Shown here: positions 27,399 to 37,107 of the stretch, piece after piece
Layout: each line of letters opens with the position of its first letter
Numbering within the stretch: position 1 is the stretch's first letter
DNA from: Burkholderiaceae bacterium
GTDB lineage: Bacteria > Pseudomonadota > Gammaproteobacteria > Burkholderiales > Burkholderiaceae_C
Reading direction: 5' to 3'
Assembly (NCBI GenBank): GCA_024710165.1
Contig: JANJVG010000124.1
Location: forward strand, 37,138-101,137
DNA: 64,000 nt
The notes under the pieces: model-generated
What the model saw: the letters and a program-made list of their open reading frames with translations, nothing else
Told to the model about the DNA's origin: nothing
The model's database searches: none
Program-made: the position numbers and the translations under genes

Positions 27399-28139
27399 TC
27401 AATAAACTCCTTGTGTTAATGCAGCCCAGCTCACAGGGTAAAGTGGGGCAATAATTTGATTCACATGCTCTGCCAGGTCTTGGATTTCCTTCTGGGCATG
27501 GGAATCGGAGCGCTGGTTGTAGAAGTTGGCAAATGCGTACAGAGAGCCTGTCCACACCCAATTCACTTCACAGCCTTGCGGGAGAATGAAGCGGGCCTGT
27601 TCGGGACAGACCCCACAAGCGATCATGTTCTCGTAAACAGCCAGAGCATTCTTGGCCGTTTCTACGTAAATGCTGCGGAACATATCCGAGTCAGGATGCT
27701 TCTGTGCACTGCCCTGCTTAATAGAGCCTTCTGGCTTGGCTCGGAAAATCTCAGGCACGTACAGCTTGGGCGTTGAGCTGATATAGCGGCGAGATTCTTC
27801 CGACTCCACAAACCCGATCTTGTGCTTGAAGCACTGTGTACGAATAGGCACAGGCGCTTCCATGCGCAAGGTGATATGTGGGTGACCGAATGGAATCCAG
27901 TGCTCTGGGATGCTCCGCAGGTAAACAGCCAGCTCATGGGCACTGGTTTTAGTGTCTCGATGCTGCATTCCAGCAATCAGAGTTTCCCAGTCACCAGACT
28001 GCATTCCCCGAGCCAGGAATCGAATTAGGCTGTTGTTCTGTTCTTCGGTGAAGTTATCTGCCAGCTTGGCAAATGAGTGGCGAGCGTAGTTGGCTACATC
28101 TCGATCAGTGAGATAATGGTTTTCATATACGGCTTTCAT
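27399..28139 (-). CDS. thyX: FAD-dependent thymidylate synthase
   Basis: HWIPFGH, EESRRY, PEQARFILP, HAQKEI. Confidence 0.9.
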   Translation of the reverse strand: MKAVYENHYLTDRDVANYARHSFAKLADNFTEEQNNSLIRFLARGMQSGDWETLIAGMQHRDTKTSAHELAVYLRSIPEHWIPFGHPHITLRMEAPVPIRTQCFKHKIGFVESEESRRYISSTPKLYVPEIFRAKPEGSIKQGSAQKHPDSDMFRSIYVETAKNALAVYENMIACGVCPEQARFILPQGCEVNWVWTGSLYAFANFYNQRSDSHAQKEIQDLAEHVNQIIAPLYPVSWAALTQGVY

Positions 28140-28169
28140 TTGATTGCTTTGGCTTTCTGAGGGTTAAAA

Positions 28170-31100
28170 ATGGAAACTAATTCTACTTCTGCTATTTGCA
28201 CTGTTAATGGGGACTGTGGCACTGGTGTAGTTATTGCACCTACTGTGCGCGATCCCAATGCAAGTGTAGGAAGTGGTGGCGCAGATGTTGGCTATACAGG
28301 GCCAACAATAGCTGAGATTATTGATGCTCTAGCTGGAGTTATTGAATTTAGTCATTTGGCGCAGTCTTTGCGAACCAGAATTGACATCATCAATAGCCTG
28401 GAAGCAGGCTTTAATGAGCTATCCACTCAGGTTGTTACAGACAACTCTGTAATGGCACAACAGTTAATTGGTTTGCGTGCGGATCTGACAGATGCTGTGG
28501 CGTATGTAAATAACCAAACAACCATTGAACTGAATGAAAGACAAGCTCTGGTTACTAGCATCAACCAGATGGTTGCTTCATTAGGGGACGGGATAAGCGC
28601 AGCACTCCAAGAAGAATCTATTGTTCGTGCTGAACAGACTGGTGCTCTGTTTGCAGAAAAGACTATCAAGACAGACTTGGCAGGCAATGTCGCTGGCTAT
28701 GGATTGTCTTCTTACGCTGATCCGTCTGAAGCGGTAAGTGACTTCCGGGTAGCTTCGGACAGGTTTAGCATTGCACCTCCTGCTTATGTAAGCCCAACCC
28801 CTCCTCCTGCTGAACAGATGCACGATGGCAAGGTATGGGTTGACACATCACAGGGCAGCGAAGCTGCGGTGACAAAGTGGTGGAGTTCTGCTACTGCAAG
28901 CTGGAGCCTCACCCCAGTAACTGCAGCACAGCCTTTCATCTACTTGACCACGCCCACAACACTTCCAGATGGAACAGTTGTTGATCCTGGCTTGTATGTG
29001 AACAGTGCCAACATCACCAAACTGAGGTCTGATCAAATTGACACCCGTGGCCTCACCATTAAAGATGGTGCAGGCAACATCATTTTTGGTTCTGGTACTG
29101 GCTTGGATTGGGACAAGATTAACGGCACCAACAAACCAGAAGATGGTGCTACCCGCAATGTTTTCCGGGGTAATTGGGGAAATGCCATCACATATACCTA
29201 CGGGGACATTGTTCTCGATGGGGGTAATGGTTGGCGAGCAATTTCTACCCACACATCCAGTGGAACAAATAAACCGCCTGCATCTGGTACAGGCAATACT
29301 TGGTGGGCAACGTACACCGTCAAAGGGGATGCTGGTGCCCCTGGTACAGACAGTTTGACTATCATTTGTCCGAATGGTAGCCACACTCTCCCTGCTACAT
29401 CTGGCGGAGCTGTTTCTTCTTACATAGGTTCAGGCACTACTATTCAGGTGATTGATGGGGTGACTGCTTTAACTGCTGTTGCAAGCATTACTGCAAATGG
29501 TCAGTTCGTCATCGGTACTCCTACAGTAACCGGAGATGCCTCTATCACTGTTGGTGGGAGAACGTACTCAGGAACAACTGCCACGGTTGCACAACACAAC
29601 ACCATGAGCAGTACGGGGGATGTGTGTGTTATTACCTACCCAATTACAGTGCGTCGCTCTAATGGGGTAGTGGTCAATCTGTCGGTGCAACAGACATTGA
29701 CCAAATCCAGGGCAGGAGCGCAAGGCGCTAAAGGGGATACTGGTAAAGGCATCTCTACCATTACCAATACATACCAAGCCAGTAATTCAGGGACAGTGGT
29801 TCCGGGCGGTACTTGGACAGCATCTATTCCTGCACTGTCCAATAGTGCAATGTTTCTTTGGAATAAGGAAGTAATTACTTATACAGACAACACAACTCAA
29901 ACCAATCATTACATGATTGGCCAGAAGGGGGTTGACGGCGTTAATGGTGTAAGTTTGGATTCTGTTCTTGAACAATACCAGGCAGGTAATTCTGCGACAG
30001 TAGCCCCTACAGGAAGCTGGGGCACTTCTATACCTGCTCTTACTGACACTAACAAGTTTCTATGGAATAAGGAAACCTTTGTCTATTCGGATGGAACACA
30101 AGACGTGTTCATCAAGATGATTGGACAGAAAGGTGACAAGGGCGATCCTGGTAAAGGTATTTCTACTGTAGACAATACGTATCAAGCAAGTTCTTCAGGT
30201 ACAACAGTTCCAACTGGAACATGGAGTACTACTATCCCATCTCTTACAGATACTAATAAGTTTTTGTGGAATAGAGAAATCATTACTTTCTCTGATTCAA
30301 CTAATACGACTAATTACTACATGATTGGTCAAAAAGGCCAAGATGGTGCTAGTGGCAAAGGCGTTTCCAGTATTACTGAACAGTATCAAGTTGGCAGTTC
30401 TGGTACGACTGCTCCTACTGGTACATGGTCTACTTCAATTCCAGCATTAACAGACACTAATAAGTATCTGTGGAATAAAGAAACGTACAGCTATACAGAC
30501 GGCACAACCAGTATCTTTTACAAACTGATTGGACAAAAGGGTGATAAAGGTGATCCTGGGAAAGGAATCTCGTCTGTCAATAACACATACCAATCCGGTA
30601 CTTCTGGAACAACAGCGCCTACAGAAACATGGTCAAGTTCTATTCCTACTTTGTCTGATACGTATAAGTATTTGTGGAATAAAGAAGTAATCACGTTCAC
30701 TGATGGGACTACAACTACCAATTACTACATGATTGGTCAGAAAGGGCAGGATGGTAGTTCAGGTAAAGGTATTTCAAGTATTACTGAGCAGTACCAAGCT
30801 GGTAGCTCTGGAACGACTTCGCCAACCGGAACTTGGTCTAGTTCTATTCCAACGCTAACTGATACTAATAAGTATTTATGGAACAAAGAAACTTATAACT
30901 ACACAGATGGTACTTCGAGTGTTTTCTATAAGCTAATTGGTCAAAAAGGCGATGTTGGCCCTGCTGGCCCAACTGTAGTTCTGCTTACTAACCGCACACC
31001 ATCATTTACATCCACAGATGGTGTATTGGATACTGGGCAAGATCCAATTACTTTTACTGCCGTAGTGGATGGAGTTGATTCTCCAAATTACGTCTGGACA

Positions 31101-32390
31101 GTGGGTGGGACGCAGAGCACTCTTACGTTTGGCAATGTACCGAGCATTACTATTACTGCCGCTCAATTCGGTGTGGCTACCTCAGCAATAGTTACCTGCA
31201 CTGTTTCTGATTTGTCTGATCAGGTAGCCGTCCATCGACTTAACAAAAGCACTGCGGAGGCTGGCGCAACCGTTGGTGCAACGCTTGGCCATGTGACCGT
31301 TGTATCAACACTGTTCACTACGGAGTTTGCCAACACAACAGGCTGGACGCGACTGAGCGGAGGCGGAGAGTGGGTATCGACGTCCGATTCAGGAGCAGTC
31401 GGAGGAAATGCGCTTCAGCTTGGTAACTCGGCAGGCGATGACCAAGTGTGGCTTGGCCGCACATCACTGACCGCCATTCCGTTTGTCTCTACAAAGCTGT
31501 ATCGCATCCGAACCAGGGTGTACGCGGCACCTGGAACTGCTGGACAGTTCTTCTTTGGTTTGGAAGCGTTCAAGAGTGACGGTACGACCGTCATCTCCAA
31601 GACGGGAGCGGAGTTCACCGGAGCAAGTGCCCGCACGTCAGCGCCCATGCACTGGGTAGGCGCAAGCGCGCTGGTTCTTCCGACAGGGGAATGGGTCGAG
31701 ATTGAGGCTTTTGTGACGGGCCACGGTGGTGCTGGTTCTGGCGAGCTGTCGAACAACCCAGCCACCCCGGTGACGATGCGTACAAATACGGCCTACATCA
31801 GCCCAGCATTTGCAGCGAACTGGCCCGGTATGGCCGGAAGAGTCCTGGTGGACTATTGCATTGTCGAAGAGGTGACATACACCCCTGCCAACACGCAGGG
31901 CAAGATCACCAAAGCCAATGCGTCCACCTGGATTGCAGACGCCGCCATAGGCAATGCTCATATTCAATCTGCGGCAATAGATACTTTGAAAGTAGCAGGT
32001 AACGCTATTACTGCTGCTGCCTCTGCTGTGGTTGACATCAATACCGGAACAGATCTAGTGATGGATTCAAGTTCTGCTGTTTACTATGCTCCAGCCAATA
32101 CTTTTATTACTCTTTTGGTAAATGTTACTGGCAGAACAGGGTCTGTTACTGGTAGTGCGTTTAATCTTCGCAGATTGATTTTGCGATGGGGATTTAGTGC
32201 GAATCCATCCAGTCATGTCGATTTGCTGGATACAGGGTTTTCTCCTTGGATTGGGGACTTCTTTTCAATGAGTGCTTTGGTTACTATTCCTGCAAATGAA
32301 TTTAGAAACTTCTCTATTAGATTGGAAAACCCCAGCCAGAACACTGTTAGCTTGACGGCCAATATCAATTTCTTTGCGGCAAAACGATGA
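28170..32390 (+). CDS. Tail fibre / host-specificity protein
   Basis: 1406 aa; coiled coil, VAGYGL..FRVASDRFSI, collagen-like GXX stretches, six 68-aa repeats, CBM-like domain, IADAAIGNAHIQSAAI. Confidence 0.85.
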   Translation: METNSTSAICTVNGDCGTGVVIAPTVRDPNASVGSGGADVGYTGPTIAEIIDALAGVIEFSHLAQSLRTRIDIINSLEAGFNELSTQVVTDNSVMAQQLIGLRADLTDAVAYVNNQTTIELNERQALVTSINQMVASLGDGISAALQEESIVRAEQTGALFAEKTIKTDLAGNVAGYGLSSYADPSEAVSDFRVASDRFSIAPPAYVSPTPPPAEQMHDGKVWVDTSQGSEAAVTKWWSSATASWSLTPVTAAQPFIYLTTPTTLPDGTVVDPGLYVNSANITKLRSDQIDTRGLTIKDGAGNIIFGSGTGLDWDKINGTNKPEDGATRNVFRGNWGNAITYTYGDIVLDGGNGWRAISTHTSSGTNKPPASGTGNTWWATYTVKGDAGAPGTDSLTIICPNGSHTLPATSGGAVSSYIGSGTTIQVIDGVTALTAVASITANGQFVIGTPTVTGDASITVGGRTYSGTTATVAQHNTMSSTGDVCVITYPITVRRSNGVVVNLSVQQTLTKSRAGAQGAKGDTGKGISTITNTYQASNSGTVVPGGTWTASIPALSNSAMFLWNKEVITYTDNTTQTNHYMIGQKGVDGVNGVSLDSVLEQYQAGNSATVAPTGSWGTSIPALTDTNKFLWNKETFVYSDGTQDVFIKMIGQKGDKGDPGKGISTVDNTYQASSSGTTVPTGTWSTTIPSLTDTNKFLWNREIITFSDSTNTTNYYMIGQKGQDGASGKGVSSITEQYQVGSSGTTAPTGTWSTSIPALTDTNKYLWNKETYSYTDGTTSIFYKLIGQKGDKGDPGKGISSVNNTYQSGTSGTTAPTETWSSSIPTLSDTYKYLWNKEVITFTDGTTTTNYYMIGQKGQDGSSGKGISSITEQYQAGSSGTTSPTGTWSSSIPTLTDTNKYLWNKETYNYTDGTSSVFYKLIGQKGDVGPAGPTVVLLTNRTPSFTSTDGVLDTGQDPITFTAVVDGVDSPNYVWTVGGTQSTLTFGNVPSITITAAQFGVATSAIVTCTVSDLSDQVAVHRLNKSTAEAGATVGATLGHVTVVSTLFTTEFANTTGWTRLSGGGEWVSTSDSGAVGGNALQLGNSAGDDQVWLGRTSLTAIPFVSTKLYRIRTRVYAAPGTAGQFFFGLEAFKSDGTTVISKTGAEFTGASARTSAPMHWVGASALVLPTGEWVEIEAFVTGHGGAGSGELSNNPATPVTMRTNTAYISPAFAANWPGMAGRVLVDYCIVEEVTYTPANTQGKITKANASTWIADAAIGNAHIQSAAIDTLKVAGNAITAAASAVVDINTGTDLVMDSSSAVYYAPANTFITLLVNVTGRTGSVTGSAFNLRRLILRWGFSANPSSHVDLLDTGFSPWIGDFFSMSALVTIPANEFRNFSIRLENPSQNTVSLTANINFFAAKR
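29742..30965 (+). repeat. Six tandem 204-nt (68-aa) repeats in (AB)3 arrangement
   Basis: Unit starts at 29742, 29946, 30150, 30354, 30558, 30762; shared YQ..S.T..PTGTWS.SIP.LTDTNK.LWNKE..IGQKG. Confidence 0.92.
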
Positions 32391-32956
32391 ACAAATATCT
32401 CCACGATGAACATGGGAAAATCATTCAGGTTTTTTATGGAGGGGATGGTTGCCCTTCTGGAGTAGGTGTTGAATCAGATGGTTTTTACTCTCTTGACTCT
32501 GCTTATATTGAAAACGGGGTGGTTTACCCATTACCGGAGTCTCCGGGGAATCGCCACGTATTTAATTATCAAACCAAGCAGTGGGAAGATCCAAGAACCC
32601 TACAATTTTTTAAAGACACTGCTTACAAGAAAATTGAAGAGTGGAGAAATAAGCAAGAAAACCAAACATTCCAGTTCACTCATGCCGGAAGGCAATGGGA
32701 TGCTGGCCTTATTACAAGGCAGCGCATTCAGCCGGTATTGGGACTAAGCCAGTTGCCTGAAGGATTCTTTTGGACAGACTCAAATAACGTAGACGTACCA
32801 GTAACCATGGCTTACCTTCAGGCATTGGCTCAAGCACATGAAGAGGCGTTGGTAATTAAAGGATTTGAGATCCACGCCCAACAAAGAGCAATGAAAAATT
32901 CTGTTGAAGCGGCTACTTCTAAAGAAGAGGTGGAATCAATTGTTATTGGTTTATAA
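32387..32956 (+). CDS. Tail fibre assembly protein (DUF4376-like)
   Basis: QWEDPRTL, FFWTDSNNVDVPVT; ATGA overlap with the fibre gene. Confidence 0.7.
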   Translation: MNKYLHDEHGKIIQVFYGGDGCPSGVGVESDGFYSLDSAYIENGVVYPLPESPGNRHVFNYQTKQWEDPRTLQFFKDTAYKKIEEWRNKQENQTFQFTHAGRQWDAGLITRQRIQPVLGLSQLPEGFFWTDSNNVDVPVTMAYLQALAQAHEEALVIKGFEIHAQQRAMKNSVEAATSKEEVESIVIGL

Positions 32957-33015
32957 GAGGTACTAGTGCGTTTAGTGACATAATTAGGCAACTATGTTCA
33001 CTGCAAAGGATTAGT

Positions 33016-33384
33016 GTGGCAATCGAACATCATTTCCATATTCGACAGGGGGAAGCGCTCCCCAATCCATTCAATCCAAGTAAGTTTCGTTGGCTTGATA
33101 AGGACAAGCAGCCGGTAAACCTGACAGGTTATCGGGCACGTATGCAGTTACGCCCCAAAGTGAACTCTGATGTTGCTTTAGATACCCTTACTACGGAAAA
33201 TGGGAGGATTGAGATTGACTACCTCAACGGGGAAATCACTTTGATTTTCCCAGAGGATTTTTCTGTAGGCGTTACTTGGAAAGGTGCTGTCTACGACCTG
33301 GAACTTGTCCCGCCTACAGGTGGCCCATTTCCTCTTGCATATGGTACCTTCAGCATCACAAAGGAAATAACTCGTGTCGAGTAA
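33016..33384 (+). CDS. Virion structural protein (BppU-like N-terminal domain)
   Basis: PVNLTGYRARMQLR..GAVYDLELV. Confidence 0.65.
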   Translation: MAIEHHFHIRQGEALPNPFNPSKFRWLDKDKQPVNLTGYRARMQLRPKVNSDVALDTLTTENGRIEIDYLNGEITLIFPEDFSVGVTWKGAVYDLELVPPTGGPFPLAYGTFSITKEITRVE

Positions 33385-33658
33385 TTTTCTTGAAATTAAT
33401 CAGACTGAGTTGCAATACGTAGAGGTTGGTCTACCATCAGCAATTATTGTTGAGCAAACCAACCCTGTGTATATTGAGGTAGTTACGGAAGGTCCACAAG
33501 GCCCTCCTGGAGAACGCGAAAACCCTGAACTGTTCCTTCAAAAAGAAAATCACCTGGCTGAATATGCTAATGACATAGAAGCACAACAATCGGCGCAGTC
33601 TAATCTTGGCTTAGGGGTGGTAGATCCCTTGGCTTATTACATTTTGGCAAAAGCTTAA
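33374..33658 (+). CDS. Hypothetical virion protein
   Basis: GPQGPPGE collagen-like motif; AQSNLGL. Confidence 0.6.
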   Translation: MSSNFLEINQTELQYVEVGLPSAIIVEQTNPVYIEVVTEGPQGPPGERENPELFLQKENHLAEYANDIEAQQSAQSNLGLGVVDPLAYYILAKA

Positions 33659-33667
33659 AGGAAATAT

Positions 33668-34201
33668 ATGTCTCTTGAATCACGTATCGTATCCCTCGCA
33701 CAAACCATTGGTGGAGACATTAAGGGCCTCCGAACAAGCCAAGGTACGCTAAGTGCTCTGAATACCACTACCAAAACTAGCCTGGTAGCTGCAATCAACG
33801 AACTGGTGCTCATGATTGGCAGCGCAGGGGCCAGTATTGATGACGGTGCGGGTAATGGCAGTACCACGGTCACTTGGTCTGCATACAAGATTTTTGACAG
33901 CATTGAAGCGGCTAAAGCATCTGTCAAAGCCGAGCTAACCAATGGCGCTGCTGCAGCTCTGGACACGCTCAATGAGTTGGCCGCTGCTCTAAACAATGAC
34001 CCCAGCTTTGCCACGACGATTGCTGGGGAGATTGCCAATCGCGTTCGATTCGATGCTGCGCAGACGCTGACCAGTCCGCAGCAAGCACAGGCGCGTACCA
34101 ACATCGGTGCAGCGGCAGCATCAGATGTGTCCGGCCTGATTACGGGGCTAGGCACCTACGACCGGGACTATGCCGCCGACTACACGGCTGCGAAGGCATA
34201 A
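33668..34201 (+). CDS. Tail-fibre-associated structural protein
   Basis: KTSLVAAINEL, ALDTLNELAAALNNDPSFATTI, QQAQARTNIGA. Confidence 0.75.
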   Translation: MSLESRIVSLAQTIGGDIKGLRTSQGTLSALNTTTKTSLVAAINELVLMIGSAGASIDDGAGNGSTTVTWSAYKIFDSIEAAKASVKAELTNGAAAALDTLNELAAALNNDPSFATTIAGEIANRVRFDAAQTLTSPQQAQARTNIGAAAASDVSGLITGLGTYDRDYAADYTAAKA

Positions 34202-34204
34202 GCA

Positions 34205-34645
34205 ATGTCGCTGCAGGCGCGGATCACTGCGCTGGCTCAGGCCATTGGTGAGGATGTCAAGACGCTGGCGACAAAGGCTGAGGTCGATGGCAAGGTCAGT
34301 GCCACTGGCGGCGCCGCATCGGGCCTGACGCTCAACGACGGCTACACCGAAGAAGTCTTCGCTGTCACAGGCACCACTCCAGCCTTGTCGCCCACCAACG
34401 GCAGCATCCAGACATGGGTGCTTTCGGGCAACAGCACGCCCACGGCAGGCACATGGGCCAGCGGTCAGAGCATGACGCTGATGGTGGATGACGGCAGCGC
34501 CTTCACGATCGATTGGGCGTCCATGTCTATTACGTGGAAGACGGGTGGCGGCACGGCTCCAGCACTCCTAACGACAGACTACACGCCAATCGAGCTGACG
34601 AAGATCGGAACGACGATCTACGGCTGGCTCGCGGGAGACGCTTGA
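34205..34645 (+). CDS. Tail-associated protein
   Basis: N-terminus paralogous to the upstream gene (MSL..RI..LAQ.IG.D.K); beta-rich C-terminus. Confidence 0.7.
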   Translation: MSLQARITALAQAIGEDVKTLATKAEVDGKVSATGGAASGLTLNDGYTEEVFAVTGTTPALSPTNGSIQTWVLSGNSTPTAGTWASGQSMTLMVDDGSAFTIDWASMSITWKTGGGTAPALLTTDYTPIELTKIGTTIYGWLAGDA

Positions 34646-35544
34646 TGCTGGCGCGCAAACTAAGACGGGCTGCGGCGGCAAGTGCAGTGGCTTTTGAGAA
34701 GTTTCTTGCTGTGGCTCACGGCACAACCCCGTTTGTGACGATCTACGGGCAAGATGTTGACGACTTCACCAAGCTGGCGAATCCTGCAACTTTGCCTCCG
34801 GACGTTGGTCGTGGTGTCGCCTTCAGCGCAGACGGCACCTACATGGCCGTGACTCACAACACATCACCATTCGTCACCATCTACAAGCGCAGCGGAGATA
34901 CGTTTGCCAAGCTGGCTGACCCAGCAACTTTGCCTCCGTACACTGGCCTCGGAATCGCCTTCAGCGCAGACGGCACCTACATGGCCGTGACTCACAACGA
35001 ATCGCCATTCGTCACCATCTACAAGCGAAGCGGGGATACTTTCACGAAGCTGGCGAATCCTGCGAGTCTGCCTGCGAGCCAGGGCAACGGAGTCGCCTTC
35101 AGCGCAGACGGCACCTACATGGCCGTGGCTCACGGCGTAACGCCATTTGTGACGATCTACAAGCGCAGCGGAGATACGTTTGCCAAGCTGGCTGACCCAG
35201 CAACTTTGCCTACAGGCATTGGTCGTGGAGTTGCCTTTTCTGCTGACGGCACCTACATGGCTGTGGCGCACTCTTCATCGCCATACGTAACCATCTACAA
35301 GCGAAGCGGTGATACCTTCACCAAGCTGGCTAATCCAGTGACGCTGCCTACGAGCAATGGCAATGGAGTTGCCTTTTCTGCTGACGGCACCTACATGGCT
35401 GTGACTCACAATATATCGCCATACGTGACCATCTACAAGCGCAGTGGGGATACGTTCACCAAGCTGGCGAACCCGGCAAGTCTGCCTGCGAAAACTGGCA
35501 ATGGAGTCGCCTTTTACCCCCGCGCTTTTGAAGGACCAATCTGA
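34645..35544 (+). CDS. Beta-propeller repeat protein (putative receptor-binding/tail tip)
   Basis: TGATG coupling; about 6.5 near-identical 44-aa blades GVAFSADGTYMAV.H..SPFVTIYKRSGDTF.KLA.PA.LP. Confidence 0.8.
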   Translation: MLARKLRRAAAASAVAFEKFLAVAHGTTPFVTIYGQDVDDFTKLANPATLPPDVGRGVAFSADGTYMAVTHNTSPFVTIYKRSGDTFAKLADPATLPPYTGLGIAFSADGTYMAVTHNESPFVTIYKRSGDTFTKLANPASLPASQGNGVAFSADGTYMAVAHGVTPFVTIYKRSGDTFAKLADPATLPTGIGRGVAFSADGTYMAVAHSSSPYVTIYKRSGDTFTKLANPVTLPTSNGNGVAFSADGTYMAVTHNISPYVTIYKRSGDTFTKLANPASLPAKTGNGVAFYPRAFEGPI

Positions 35545-36071
35545 TGTATTACCAAGCACAAAACCAGCTCGGCTTGACCTTCGACCAGGTGCGAAAGCTA
35601 TACCCGAGCAAGAGCTTTCCTGCATCGGGCGAAATCAACATGCCAGAGGTGCAAGGCTATACGCCAAGCACGACGCCAGACTACGACCCGGCGACGCATG
35701 CCGTGCGCGAGGTCGCGCCGGTTGATGGGGTGCAGCAGTGGGAGGTGTATGCGCTGCCTCAAGAGGTAGTCGAAGCCAACCAGGTAGCCGCAGTCCAAGC
35801 GTTGCAGCAGTCCATCGTGGACGCCACACAGCAGCGCCTTGACGACTTCGCCCGCACCCGCAACTACGACGGCATCCTGAGCGCCTGCACCTATGCAACC
35901 AGCGCGGTGCCCAAGTTTGCTGCCGAAGGTCAGTACGCAGTGCAGGCGCGGGACGCAACGTGGGCAGCGCTGTACCAATTCATGGCAGATGCGCAGACTG
36001 GCGCGCAGCCGGTTCCGTCAGGCTTTGAAGACGTGGAGCCGTTGTTGCCAGTGCTGGTGTGGCCAGAATGA
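35544..36071 (+). CDS. Tail fibre assembly-like protein
   Basis: QRLDDFARTRNYDGILSACTYA..RDATW..LPVLVWP. Confidence 0.75.
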   Translation: MYYQAQNQLGLTFDQVRKLYPSKSFPASGEINMPEVQGYTPSTTPDYDPATHAVREVAPVDGVQQWEVYALPQEVVEANQVAAVQALQQSIVDATQQRLDDFARTRNYDGILSACTYATSAVPKFAAEGQYAVQARDATWAALYQFMADAQTGAQPVPSGFEDVEPLLPVLVWPE

Positions 36072-36328
36072 AACGGCGCATCCTGAACGTCCTGATCGCC
36101 TTGGATCAGCTGCTGTACGTCCTAGTCACTTTTGGGCATGGATCTCCTGATGAAACCCTATCCGCTGCTTCATGGAGATGGGAGATGGCTGGCAAGTGGC
36201 AAGGCAAGTTACTTAGGCCAACAATAGATAAGATATTCTGGTTTGATCGTAATCATTGCTGGACTAGCTATCAGAGTGAGCTATTAAAACGCCACTTGCC
36301 TGCTGAGTACCGCAGTGTTGGAAAATGA
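36068..36328 (+). CDS. Conserved phage hypothetical protein
   Basis: LIALDQL..G.PDETLSA..IDKIFW..NHC. Confidence 0.7.
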   Translation: MKRRILNVLIALDQLLYVLVTFGHGSPDETLSAASWRWEMAGKWQGKLLRPTIDKIFWFDRNHCWTSYQSELLKRHLPAEYRSVGK

Positions 36329-36785
36329 ACAGGAGTATTTTTTGTCAAATAACCTTACCAATCGGGTATCTAAAGCAATTTTCGATACAGACCTTATATC
36401 TACCCGACTAATTCTTGCGTTTGCAGAGTTCTTATGGGCAGTGATGTTGTTCTGGCCTGGGGAGACTTTTGACAGGCCCACGTACCTCTTAATGGCTGCT
36501 ATTGCTCCTGAAACTGTGTGGGCATGTGTATTCGGTATTACCGCATATTTGCAGGTCACCATTGTCTTAAGCAATAATCAGAACTCTCTTGGCGCTCACT
36601 ACTTTGCACTGTGGAACTCTTTGCTTTGGTTCTGTGTGGTGGGTTCTATGCTGCTCTCTGTTTATCCACCTCCTGCAGCTATTGCAGGGGAAATTTCTTT
36701 GATGGTTGCTGCCGCCTGGGTGTGGATCAGACCTCTAATTTTGACGCACTATACAAAGGTGGCCTATGGATCAACACACGTCTGA
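36315..36785 (+). CDS. Multi-pass membrane protein
   Basis: Four hydrophobic segments. Confidence 0.6.
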   Translation: MLENEQEYFLSNNLTNRVSKAIFDTDLISTRLILAFAEFLWAVMLFWPGETFDRPTYLLMAAIAPETVWACVFGITAYLQVTIVLSNNQNSLGAHYFALWNSLLWFCVVGSMLLSVYPPPAAIAGEISLMVAAAWVWIRPLILTHYTKVAYGSTHV

Positions 36786-37107
36786 GATGTCTTCATGGCC
36801 TCTCATTGACCGCAGAAAAACAGATGGTGTTTATGAAGAGTTGCACGCTACATTGGTCAAAACCAATGAACGTGTAACTTTGCTTGAGCATAAATGCGAG
36901 TCTATGGCTACTGCATTTATCAGGGATGATCTGGGTGGGCCTGACTACTCTGGCCACCGAGCAGCACATATTGAGCAAAAAGACGCATCCAAAAAAATTG
37001 CAGATTTGAAGCACTCTGGAGCCAAGAAGATTATTGATCTAATCTTGGTTTTTCTTGTGGGTGTATTTACTTCAGGAGCTATATCATGGTTAAAAAGCCT
37101 GAAGTAG
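36766..37107 (+). CDS. Membrane-anchored protein (holin/antiholin-like)
   Basis: DRRK motif, coiled coil, C-terminal TM helix. Confidence 0.55.
   Translation: MDQHTSEMSSWPLIDRRKTDGVYEELHATLVKTNERVTLLEHKCESMATAFIRDDLGGPDYSGHRAAHIEQKDASKKIADLKHSGAKKIIDLILVFLVGVFTSGAISWLKSLK

Noticed and set aside
34513-34644. N-terminal extension of the propeller ORF given in the ORF track
   Set aside because: It overlaps the upstream gene; the TGATG-coupled ATG at 34645 is the more plausible start.
34700-35520. Possible CRISPR array or DGR template/variable repeats
   Set aside because: Repeats are in-frame 132-nt protein-coding blades without unique spacers; no cas or reverse transcriptase gene in the window; differences are not clearly adenine-specific.
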